Positions 1 to 7,529 of a stretch of DNA of 10,139 nt are shown one piece after another. The DNA comes from Gemmatimonadota bacterium (GTDB lineage Bacteria > Latescibacterota > UBA2968 > UBA8231). The position numbers were made by a program, and so were the translations under genes. The first letter of the stretch is position 1. Each line of letters opens with the position of its first letter. The stretch spans positions 1-10,139 of the forward strand of contig JAYOYH010000092.1 in the NCBI GenBank assembly GCA_038153405.1, read 5' to 3'. The notes beneath the pieces were generated by a model that was given only the letters and a program-made list of their open reading frames with translations, was not told the DNA's origin and searched no databases.

Positions 1-20
1 CTTAAAAAATAGTATGTGCC

Positions 21-1514
21 TTACGGCAATTCGGTCTGCCCCATCAGGTAGCGATCCACCTCGCGCGCGGCACCGCGGCCTTCGTTGATGGCCCATACGA
101 CGAGGCTCTGACCGCGACGCATATCGCCGGCGGCAAAGACACCGCTGACGTTGGTGGCGAATTTGCCGTGCTCGGCCTGGGCGTTTGAACGCGCGTCGCG
201 CGCAACGCTGAGCTGTTCTAACACAGTATCTTCCGGACCGCGGAAACCCATGGCCAGCAGGACCAGTTCGGCCGGCCACACTTTCTCCGTGCCCTCAATC
301 GGCTTCGGCACAAAGCGGCCGTTCTCGTCTTTGGCCCATTCGATATTGACCGTGTGTAGCTCCTTTACGTTGCCCTCTTCGTCACCGACAAACTTTTGCG
401 TCATAATCAGGTAGGTGCGTGGGTCGTCGCCAAAGCGCGCCGCGGCTTCCTCCTGCCCGTAGTCGAGCTTGTAGACGTTGGGCCACTGCGGCCAGGGGTT
501 GTTCTCGGCGCGCTCTTCCGGCGGGCGCGGCATAATCTCGAACTGGGCCAGCGTTTGGCAGCCGTGGCGCAGCGAAGTGCCGCAGCAGTCGGTGCCCGTA
601 TCGCCGCCGCCGATGACGATAACGTTTTTGCCCTTGGCCGAAATGTAGTTGCCGTCGGCGTGATTTGAATCGAGCAGGCTCTTGGTGTTGGCGCGCAGAA
701 AATCCATTGCAAAGTGGATGCCTTTCAGATCGCGCCCTTCAATGGGCAAATCGTTGGGCTTGGTCGCCCCGCCGCACAGCACCACGGCGTCGTGGTCATC
801 GACCAGCTTCTGCGCTGGCAGATCCTTGCCAATCTCCGTGTTGGTCACGAATTCGACGCCCTCGGCGGCCATCAGGTCGACGCGGCGCTGCACCACGTGT
901 TGCTTGTCCAGCTTCATATTGGGAATGCCGTACATCAGCAAGCCGCCGATCCGATCGGCGCGCTCGTAGACCGTCACCTTGTGGCCGGCGCTGTTGAGCT
1001 GGGCGGCGCAGGCCAGACCGGCCGGCCCCGAACCGACGACAGCCACCGTCTTGCCCGTGCGCTTGGACGGCGGCGATGGCTGCACCCAGCCCCGTTCAAA
1101 GCCGTTGTCGATAATGCTAACTTCGATGTTTTTGATGGTGACGGGCGGATCGTTAATGCCCAGGACGCAGGACCCTTCGCAGGGGGCCGGACATACGCGA
1201 CCGGTGAACTCGGGAAAGTTATTGGTCTTGTGCAGGCGCTCCAGCGCCTCACGCCAGCGACCGCGGTAGACCAGATCGTTCCACTCGGGTATCAAGTTGT
1301 TGATCGGACAGCCCGAACCCTTATCGCCCTGGCTGACGACGTCGCCCAGATGGCAGAAGGGAATGCCGCAGTCCATGCAGCGCGCTCCCTGCTGCGCCAT
1401 ATCTCCTTCGGACATGTGCTCGTGGAATTCGTTCCAGTCTTCGAGGCGCGCTAGCGGCGAGCGATCGGCCGGCAGCTGGCGCTGATACTCCATAAATCCG
1501 GTTGGTTTACCCAT
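21..1514 (-). CDS. gltD: Glutamate synthase small (beta) subunit, NAD(P)H-dependent
   Basis: 497-aa ORF starting [10 protein letters not shown]. It has Fe-S cysteine motifs ([25 protein letters not shown]), the FAD-binding motif VVGSGPAG, a second dinucleotide motif [10 protein letters not shown] and the C-terminal [17 protein letters not shown]. An SD-like AAGGA lies upstream of the ATG, and the gene starts 39 nt downstream of gltB. Confidence 0.98.
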   Translation of the reverse strand: MGKPTGFMEYQRQLPADRSPLARLEDWNEFHEHMSEGDMAQQGARCMDCGIPFCHLGDVVSQGDKGSGCPINNLIPEWNDLVYRGRWREALERLHKTNNFPEFTGRVCPAPCEGSCVLGINDPPVTIKNIEVSIIDNGFERGWVQPSPPSKRTGKTVAVVGSGPAGLACAAQLNSAGHKVTVYERADRIGGLLMYGIPNMKLDKQHVVQRRVDLMAAEGVEFVTNTEIGKDLPAQKLVDDHDAVVLCGGATKPNDLPIEGRDLKGIHFAMDFLRANTKSLLDSNHADGNYISAKGKNVIVIGGGDTGTDCCGTSLRHGCQTLAQFEIMPRPPEERAENNPWPQWPNVYKLDYGQEEAAARFGDDPRTYLIMTQKFVGDEEGNVKELHTVNIEWAKDENGRFVPKPIEGTEKVWPAELVLLAMGFRGPEDTVLEQLSVARDARSNAQAEHGKFATNVSGVFAAGDMRRGQSLVVWAINEGRGAAREVDRYLMGQTELP

Positions 1515-1553
1515 TGTGTATCCTTTATCTATCCCTATACAATCTCTGGCCCA

Positions 1554-4500
1554 CTAGGCCTCTTCGGCCATGGCCTCGCGGAAGGCGACCAGCGCCGCCT
1601 CGTCGCCCGTCAAACCGCGCTCTTCGACGCGCTTAAAGGCGTCGAGCATCTTGCGGTAGTCGCGCGGCATTACTTTGACGAATTTGTCCCGGTACTGCGA
1701 CCAGCCATCGAGCACTTCCCGTCCGAGCGTGCTCTGCGTAAACTGCACGTGGCGTTCTATCATATCCTTTAATTCAGCGACATCTTCCTCGCTTTCAAGC
1801 GCATTGAGATCGACCATTTCGGCGTTGCAGTGACCGGCAAAATCGCCGCTCTCGTCCAGCACGTAGGCGATGCCGCCCGACATGCCGGCGGCAAAGTTGC
1901 GCCCCGTCGGTCCTAGCACGACCACGCGCCCGCCCGTCATGTATTCGCAGCCGTGATCGCCCACCGCTTCGACGACGGCCCTCACGCCGCTATTGCGCAC
2001 GCAAAAGCGCTCGCCAGCCTTGCCGCGAATATAGGCCTCGCCGGCGGTAGCGCCGTAGAAGGCGACGTTGCCGACAATGATATTATCGCGCGACACAAAC
2101 GTCGAGCCAGCGGGCGGATAGAGAATCAGGCGAGCACCCGACAGCCCTTTGCCGAAGTAGTCGTTGGCATCGCCCTCGACTTCCATGGTCATACCCAGCG
2201 GCGTAAAGGCGGCAAACGACTGGCCGGCGGCGCCCTGAAATGTTAGGTGAATCGTGCTATCGGGCAGGCCGTCGGGACCAAAGCGACGCGTGATCTCGCT
2301 GCCGACCTGCGTGCCGACAACGCGATTGATATTCTTGATCGGCAGCGTCGCCGTCACCTTCTCGCCCGCTTCCAAGGCCGGTTTGCACAGCTCCATCAGC
2401 GTCGTCTGGTCGAGCGACTCAGCCAAACGGTGGTCCTGCACCTCGGTGCAATAGCGGCCGACCTCGGGACCGACCTCAGGCTGGTGTAGGATTGGCGTCA
2501 GATCAATGCCCTGCGCCTTCCAGTGCGCGATGGCCTTCTTCGGCTCTAAGCGATCGGTGCGGCCGACCATTTCGTCGATGGTGCGGAAGCCAAGCTCGGC
2601 CATGATCTCGCGCATGTCCTGGGCGATAAACCTCAGGAAGTTGACGACGTGATCCGGCGAGCCCGTAAACTTCTTGCGCAGTTCGGGATTTTGCGTTGCC
2701 ACGCCCACCGGACAGGTGTCGAGGTGGCATACCCGCATCATAATGCACCCCATGGCCACCAGACCCGTAGTGGCAAAGCCAAATTCTTCGGCGCCCAGTA
2801 GCGCGGCGATCACCACGTCGCGCCCCGTCTTGAGCTGTCCATCGGTCTCGACGACGATGCGCGAGCGCAGATTGTTCAGCAGCAGCGTCTGGTGCGTCTC
2901 GGCCAGGCCGAGTTCCCACGGCAGGCCGGCGTGCTTGATGGATGTCTGCGGCGAGGCGCCCGTGCCGCCGTCGTGACCGGAAATCAGCACGACGTCGGCC
3001 TTGCCCTTGGCCACGCCGGCAGCCACCGTGCCAACGCCAAACTCGGAGACCAGCTTGACGTTGATGCGCGCCTGATCGTTGGCATTCTTCAGATCGTGAA
3101 TCAGCTGCGCCAGATCCTCAATCGAATAGATATCGTGGTGCGGTGGCGGCGAAATCAGTTCGACGCCCGGCGTCGAGTGGCGCACCTTGGCAATCCACGG
3201 ATAGACTTTTTTTCCGGGCAGCTCGCCGCCCTCGCCCGGCTTGGCGCCCTGCGCCATCTTGATTTGCAGCTCCTTGGCCTGTGTCAGATAGTGGCTCGTC
3301 ACGCCAAAGCGGCCGGAGGCCACCTGCTTGATGGCGCTATTTTTTGAGTCGCCGTTGGGCTCCGGCGTATAGCGAGCCGGATCTTCGCCGCCCTCGCCGG
3401 TATTGCTGCGGCCGCCGAGGCGGTTCATGGCAATGGCCAGCGCCTCGTGCGCCTCCTGGCTGATCGATCCGTAGGACATGGCGCCGCTCTTAAAGCGCCG
3501 CGTTATGGCCTCGACCGATTCCACTTCATCGAGGGGGATCGGCTCGTTGGCCACTTTCAGATCGAGCAAACTGCGCAGCGTTGCCATGCGCTCAGACTGG
3601 TCGTTGATCTGCTCGGCATACTGCTTGTAGATCGCGTAGTCATCGCTGCGCACTGCCCGCTGTAGCAGGTGAATCGACTTGGGATTAAAGAGGTGATGCT
3701 CGCCCTCTTTGCGCCACTGGTAGTGGCCGCCAACTGCAAGGGTGTTGCCGTTGGTCTGGATGGGCGGAAACGCGTGCGTATGGCGTTCGAGTGCCTCGCG
3801 CGCAATGCCCTCAATGCTCATTCCCTTCACCTGAGTCGTCGTCCAGGTGAAGTACCGGTCGATGACTTTCTGATCAATACCTATGGCCTCAAAGATCTGC
3901 GCACCGCGATACGACTTGATCGTCGAGATGCCCATCTTGGCCATCACTTTGATCACGCCTTTGATGGCACCGTATATGTAGCGCTCTTCGGCTTCCTCGT
4001 AGGTATACTCTTCGAGCATGCCCTCGCGCACCATATCGTTGAGGCTCTCAAACGCCATATAGGGATTGATCGCCTGAGCGCCATAGCCCAGCAGCAGGCA
4101 GAAGTGGTGCACTTCGCGCGGTTCGCCCGACTCGATGGCCAAACCAACGCGCGTGCGCGTCTCGTTGCGCACCAGGTGGTGGTGCACGCCGGCCACGGCC
4201 AGCAGCGACGGAATGGGCACCTTGTCCTCGTCGACGCCGCGGTCGGATAGAATGATCAGATTGTTGTCCTGGGCGATCGCCTCATCTACTTGGCGACACA
4301 GCGCGTCCATCGCCTCTTCCAGTCCGGCCTCGCCGGCGGATTTGTCAAAAAAGATGGGCAGCGTCACCGCCTTGTGGCCAAAGAGATCGACCTCGCGCAG
4401 CTTTTCGAGCTCGGCGTTTTTCAGGATCGGCCGATCCAGCGTGATCTGGCGACAGCTCTCGGGCTCCGGCTTGAGCAGGTTGCGCTCTGGGCCGATCTTG

Positions 4501-6131
4501 GTTTCGGCTGACGTTATCAGCTCTTCGCGCAGCGGATCCAGCGGCGGGTTAGTCACCTGGGCAAAGTGTTGTTTGAAGTAGCTAAACAGCAGCTGCGTCT
4601 TGTCGGACAACGCGGCCAACGCCGCGTCGTTGCCCATCGAGCCAATCGGATCTTTCAGCACCTGCACCATCGGCTTGAGAAATACGCGCAGGTCTTCAAA
4701 CGTGTAGCCGAATGCCTGCTGCATTTTGAGCACATCGGCGTGCGTCTCGAGCAGCGGCTTGCCCTGCGCTTCGGGCAGGTCTTCCAAATGTATTACGTGG
4801 TCGTTCAGCCACTGGCGATAGGGATGGGCGCTGGCAATCTGGTGCTTGATCTCCTCGTCGCTGATAATGCGGCCCTGCTCCGTGTCGATCAGCAGCATGC
4901 GGCCCGGCTCGAGACGCCCCTTGTAGGCCACGTTTTCCGGCGGGATGCTCAATACGCCCGTTTCAGAGGCCAGCACGACGATATCGTCCTTGGTCACGTA
5001 GTAGCGCGAGGGGCGAAATCCGTTGCGATCGAGCACGCCGCCGACGACCACGCCATCGGTAAAGCCTATGGAGGCCGGGCCGTCCCACGGCTCCATCAAA
5101 CAAGAGTGGTACTCGTAGAACGCGCGCTTTTCGTCGCTCATACTCTCGTGTCTTTCCCACGGCTCGGGCACCATCATCATAACGGCGTGCGGCAGCGAGC
5201 GGCCGCCCAGATAGAGCAGCTCGAGCGCGTTGTCGAATTTGGCCGAGTCGGATCCGTCCTCGTGAATGACGGGAAACGTCTCTTTGAGCTTGTCGCCAAA
5301 GAGCGCCGACTCGAGCATGCCCTCGCGCGCGTGCATCCAGTTTTCATTGCCGCGCACGGTGTTGATTTCGCCGTTGTGAATGACGTAGCGATAGGGATGG
5401 GCGCGCTGCCAGCTCGGAAAGGTATTGGTCGAAAAGCGCGAGTGCACTAGCGCGATGGCCGACTCCACGCGCGGATCGAGCAGATCGGGAAAATACGGCT
5501 CGACCTGCGGCGAGATAAACATGCCCTTGTAGACGATCGTGCGCGCCGAAAAGCTGGCGGCGTAGTAGGTGGGCACCTTGCCGCTGTAGCGAATGGCATT
5601 GGCCGCGCGCTTGCGAATCACGTAGAGCACGCGCTCGAAGTCCAGCGGGTCAGCGCCGACGCCCTGGCCGCGACCGATAAACACCTGGCGCATTAACGGC
5701 TCGCCAACCAGCGCCGTAGCGCCTAGATCGCCGCCGTCGACGGGCACGTCGCGCCACCCCAGCAGTTCCTGCCCCTCTTCGTCGATGACGCGCGCCAGCA
5801 TGTCCTCGCACAGGGCGCGCTGGGCACCCTCCTTCGGCATAAAGAGCATGCCGACGCCGTAGGCTCCAGCCTCGGGCAGTGCAAAATTGCAGACGCCGGA
5901 AAAGAAGGCGTGCGGCACCTGCATGAGAATGCCGGCCCCGTCGCCCGTATTGGGCTCACAGCCGCAGGCTCCCCGATGTTCCAAATGGACCAGCACTTCG
6001 AGCGCCTGATGGACTAGAGCATGCGACTTGACGCCTTTAATATTGACGACAAAGCCCATCCCGCAGGCGTCTCGTTCGTTGCTTGGATCGTATAGGCCCT
6101 GCTTGGAAGGGTATCCGGGAATTATGCTCAT
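1554..6131 (-). CDS. gltB: Glutamate synthase large (alpha) subunit, 1525 aa from the ATG at 6131
   Basis: Contains GLYDP..ERDACG (Ntn amidotransferase Cys after a 22-aa propeptide), [26 protein letters not shown], the FMN-barrel motifs [17 protein letters not shown] and [14 protein letters not shown], the 3Fe-4S motif [12 protein letters not shown] and C-terminal GXGXG repeats. The start was moved from 6380 to 6131 because GAAAGGT lies 5 nt before this ATG, GltB-like sequence begins here, and the 6380 TTG is the -35 box. Confidence 0.97.
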   Translation of the reverse strand: MSIIPGYPSKQGLYDPSNERDACGMGFVVNIKGVKSHALVHQALEVLVHLEHRGACGCEPNTGDGAGILMQVPHAFFSGVCNFALPEAGAYGVGMLFMPKEGAQRALCEDMLARVIDEEGQELLGWRDVPVDGGDLGATALVGEPLMRQVFIGRGQGVGADPLDFERVLYVIRKRAANAIRYSGKVPTYYAASFSARTIVYKGMFISPQVEPYFPDLLDPRVESAIALVHSRFSTNTFPSWQRAHPYRYVIHNGEINTVRGNENWMHAREGMLESALFGDKLKETFPVIHEDGSDSAKFDNALELLYLGGRSLPHAVMMMVPEPWERHESMSDEKRAFYEYHSCLMEPWDGPASIGFTDGVVVGGVLDRNGFRPSRYYVTKDDIVVLASETGVLSIPPENVAYKGRLEPGRMLLIDTEQGRIISDEEIKHQIASAHPYRQWLNDHVIHLEDLPEAQGKPLLETHADVLKMQQAFGYTFEDLRVFLKPMVQVLKDPIGSMGNDAALAALSDKTQLLFSYFKQHFAQVTNPPLDPLREELITSAETKIGPERNLLKPEPESCRQITLDRPILKNAELEKLREVDLFGHKAVTLPIFFDKSAGEAGLEEAMDALCRQVDEAIAQDNNLIILSDRGVDEDKVPIPSLLAVAGVHHHLVRNETRTRVGLAIESGEPREVHHFCLLLGYGAQAINPYMAFESLNDMVREGMLEEYTYEEAEERYIYGAIKGVIKVMAKMGISTIKSYRGAQIFEAIGIDQKVIDRYFTWTTTQVKGMSIEGIAREALERHTHAFPPIQTNGNTLAVGGHYQWRKEGEHHLFNPKSIHLLQRAVRSDDYAIYKQYAEQINDQSERMATLRSLLDLKVANEPIPLDEVESVEAITRRFKSGAMSYGSISQEAHEALAIAMNRLGGRSNTGEGGEDPARYTPEPNGDSKNSAIKQVASGRFGVTSHYLTQAKELQIKMAQGAKPGEGGELPGKKVYPWIAKVRHSTPGVELISPPPHHDIYSIEDLAQLIHDLKNANDQARINVKLVSEFGVGTVAAGVAKGKADVVLISGHDGGTGASPQTSIKHAGLPWELGLAETHQTLLLNNLRSRIVVETDGQLKTGRDVVIAALLGAEEFGFATTGLVAMGCIMMRVCHLDTCPVGVATQNPELRKKFTGSPDHVVNFLRFIAQDMREIMAELGFRTIDEMVGRTDRLEPKKAIAHWKAQGIDLTPILHQPEVGPEVGRYCTEVQDHRLAESLDQTTLMELCKPALEAGEKVTATLPIKNINRVVGTQVGSEITRRFGPDGLPDSTIHLTFQGAAGQSFAAFTPLGMTMEVEGDANDYFGKGLSGARLILYPPAGSTFVSRDNIIVGNVAFYGATAGEAYIRGKAGERFCVRNSGVRAVVEAVGDHGCEYMTGGRVVVLGPTGRNFAAGMSGGIAYVLDESGDFAGHCNAEMVDLNALESEEDVAELKDMIERHVQFTQSTLGREVLDGWSQYRDKFVKVMPRDYRKMLDAFKRVEERGLTGDEAALVAFREAMAEEA

Positions 6132-6346
6132 CGTTAACCTTTCGCCGTCTTGAATCCAACTGCTCGAGGTGACCCGCGCGGGTAATACGAGATCCGGGGC
6201 TGTCCACCGGGACATCCCAACAACGCCGACCGCTTGCAGTGCGTAGTGTGCGCGAGCCCTTGCGGGCGCAGATCCGTACCCGAGGAACGGGCGGGGAGCC
6301 TCAGGCAGGTAGTGGACAGGAGCGTTTCTGTCTTTTTTTATTAAGG
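6132..6346 (-). promoter_or_regulatory. Long structured 5' leader of gltB (candidate cis-regulatory RNA)
   Basis: About 215 nt between the inferred TSS and the ATG. A perfect 8-bp long-range stem (6312-6319 with 6200-6207) encloses several hairpins, including GCCC-GCAA-GGGC. A further hairpin lies at 6163-6191. Confidence 0.5.
6315..6339 (+). terminator. Intrinsic-terminator-like hairpin on the + strand, antisense to the gltB leader
   Basis: GACAGGA-GCGT-TTCTGTC (7 bp with one G-U pair) is followed directly by T7. The G-U pair becomes an A-C mismatch on the minus strand, which favours the + orientation. Confidence 0.55.
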
Positions 6347-6352
6347 ACATTG

Positions 6353-6380
6353 AATATAAGGTACCCAGTACTTTTGTCAA
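6353..6380 (-). promoter_or_regulatory. Sigma70-type promoter for gltBD (TTGACA-N16-TATATT), inferred TSS about 6346
   Basis: Perfect -35 TTGACA at 6380-6375 and -10 TATATT at 6358-6353 on the minus strand, within an AT-rich intergenic stretch. Confidence 0.75.
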
Positions 6381-6381
6381 T

Positions 6382-6394
6382 CAGCAATTTGCCA
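6382..6394. promoter_or_regulatory. Candidate Lrp/AsnC-type operator 1 (CAGCA-ATT-TGCCA)
   Basis: Contains the palindrome GCAA-T-TTGC (6384-6392), lies immediately upstream of the gltB -35 box, and shares AGCAATTT with the site at 6452-6464. Confidence 0.4.
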
Positions 6395-6411
6395 TTTTAT
6401 ACATCAGTATC

Positions 6412-6440
6412 TTTACAATTATTTTAAGCACCCGTATATT
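6412..6440 (+). promoter_or_regulatory. Sigma70-type promoter for the regulator (TTTACA-N17-TATATT), inferred TSS about 6447
   Basis: -35 TTTACA at 6412-6417, a 17-nt spacer and -10 TATATT at 6435-6440. It sits back-to-back with the gltB promoter. Confidence 0.7.
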
Positions 6441-6451
6441 ATGGCCTAAGA

Positions 6452-6464
6452 TAGCAATTTTCTG
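6452..6464. promoter_or_regulatory. Candidate Lrp/AsnC-type operator 2 (TAGCA-ATT-TTCTG)
   Basis: Repeats the AGCAATTT core 70 bp from site 1 and lies just downstream of the inferred TSS of the regulator. Confidence 0.35.
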
Positions 6465-6488
6465 ATATGAAAAGGGAGTTTTTAGGCC

Positions 6489-7064
6489 ATGGGCACGTTA
6501 GGCAAACAGGAACAACTGATCATTCGCGCCCTCATCCGCAACCCGCGCTCGTCCGATAATCGCATCAGCGCGCTGACGGGTGTGCCGGTGCGCACCGTCA
6601 GCCGCAAGCGCACCCGCCTGGAACGCGATGGCATCCTCGCCTACTATACCGGCGTTGATACGCAGGCTACGGGGACGGGGCGTTTTACCACCCAGCACAT
6701 GCTGCTGATCAAATTTAAACTGGGTATTACGCGCGGACAGATCGTGCAGGAAATAGGCTCGGAGCCCAACGTGGCCAACGTCTTTAGCGAACTAATACGC
6801 GACAGCTATATTGCTGAGATGGATGGCCACATCGCCTTGGTCATGGTCGTCGAAGGCGAATCGGACAGCGACGTGGCCGATAACGTGCAGGGCAAAATCA
6901 TTCCCTCGCTACAGAAAAACCACGGCGAAGATTCGATACAAGAACTGCGCACGATTCGCCTACTCGACCCGATCCGGCGACTGCATAACTACCTGCCGAT
7001 GGTCAATATGGAGGAGGGGTTTATCAAGAAGAACTGGCCGGACGACGCCATCTTCGTAGAGTGA
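6489..7064 (+). CDS. Lrp/AsnC-family-like transcriptional regulator (N-terminal wHTH, divergent C-terminal domain)
   Basis: 191 aa. The N-terminus LGKQEQLIIRALIRNPRSSDNRISALTGVPVRTVSRKRTRLERDGILAYY fits the AsnC HTH pattern (L..D..IL..L..daR.s...la...g.s..tv..R..rLe..GiI..Y). SD GGGAG is at 6474-6478, and the gene is divergent from gltB. Confidence 0.8.
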   Translation: MGTLGKQEQLIIRALIRNPRSSDNRISALTGVPVRTVSRKRTRLERDGILAYYTGVDTQATGTGRFTTQHMLLIKFKLGITRGQIVQEIGSEPNVANVFSELIRDSYIAEMDGHIALVMVVEGESDSDVADNVQGKIIPSLQKNHGEDSIQELRTIRLLDPIRRLHNYLPMVNMEEGFIKKNWPDDAIFVE

Positions 7065-7088
7065 CGGCAGAGCGCGGCGCGGCCGACT

Positions 7089-7529
7089 CTAATCGGCGGC
7101 CGGCACTATGCGGATTTTTAGCGTAGCTAAGGCATCGCCGAAAAAGGCGCTTATATCGGCGCGCTCAGCGACCGAACCGCCCGACGATGCCGAAAAAATA
7201 GTCCAGCTTTCAAACGCGCTCGCACCACCGGCGCCCGTGCTGTCGGGCGCGTCTAATTCCACGTCTATCGACGCGGGCGACACCGACCCGCCGTTCGCTA
7301 TCAGCTCGATCTCGCCGAAGAAGGGCTCTTGGGGCGGACCGCCCAGGCGTTCGAGGCGAACGCGTATCGGCAGATCTCCGCGCGGACGCACCCAGTTTTC
7401 CTCGGCTTCGAGCGTCAGGCGAAACTGGCCGTTCTCGGTGCTGCTGCTGACGATGTTGTCCGGCTCCGAACAGCTCGCCGCCACACCGCAGAGCAGCGCG
7501 GTCAATAAGAAGATCGCGTGTTTTTTCAT
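7089..7529 (-). CDS. Predicted lipoprotein of unknown function, beta-rich (possibly Ig-like); candidate pilotin or secretin partner
   Basis: MKKHAIFLLTALLCGVAAS-C has a basic N-terminus, a hydrophobic core and a lipobox-like AAS/C with Ser at +2, followed by alternating beta-strand patterns. The ATG at 7529 overlaps the secretin TGA (ATGA). The alternative ATG at 7538, with AGGAGGT 9 nt upstream, is also plausible. Confidence 0.75.
   Translation of the reverse strand: MKKHAIFLLTALLCGVAASCSEPDNIVSSSTENGQFRLTLEAEENWVRPRGDLPIRVRLERLGGPPQEPFFGEIELIANGGSVSPASIDVELDAPDSTGAGGASAFESWTIFSASSGGSVAERADISAFFGDALATLKIRIVPAAD

Noticed and set aside
151..5959. Many alternative-frame and antisense ORFs over gltD/gltB (e.g. 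714-1454, 3669-4250, 4566-5450)
   Set aside because: They are shadow ORFs expected from GC-rich codon bias. They lie wholly inside well-conserved genes and show no recognisable motifs.
6132..6346. Known glutamine (glnA / downstream-peptide) riboswitch or ANTAR dual-hairpin in the gltB leader
   Set aside because: CGUUC is present, but the CGGAAGUA..GAAGGAACG pattern is not on the sense strand. The hairpin loops do not fit the ANTAR hexaloop (A1, G4), and there is no sense-strand terminator. A cmscan run is needed to exclude these formally.
6132..6380. 83-aa N-terminal extension of GltB in the ORF track (starts at 6380 or 6350)
   Set aside because: The TTG at 6380 is the -35 hexamer itself, and the ATG at 6350 is only 2 nt past the -10, upstream of the inferred TSS. 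The extension is not GltB-like, and the ATG at 6131 has an SD.
6239..6427. 62-aa + strand ORF in the divergent intergenic region
   Set aside because: It has a GTG start without a clear SD, runs through the terminator-like T-tract and both promoter regions, and shows no protein-like features.
6361..6440. NtcA (GTA-N8-TAC) or TnrA/GlnR (TGTNA-N7-TNACA) boxes
   Set aside because: Only mis-spaced partial palindromes were seen (GTA-N4-TAC, ATAC-N4-GTAT).
6442..6456. Sigma54-like TGGC...TAGCA upstream of the regulator
   Set aside because: The GG-to-GC spacing is 9 nt rather than the strict 10 nt of -24/-12 promoters. The minus-strand TGGCAAATTGC is also mis-spaced.
7065..7097. Bidirectional terminator between the convergent regulator and lipoprotein genes
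   Set aside because: There is only a 5-bp stem (GCCGA-N6-TCGGC) overlapping the stop codon, and no U-tract on either strand.
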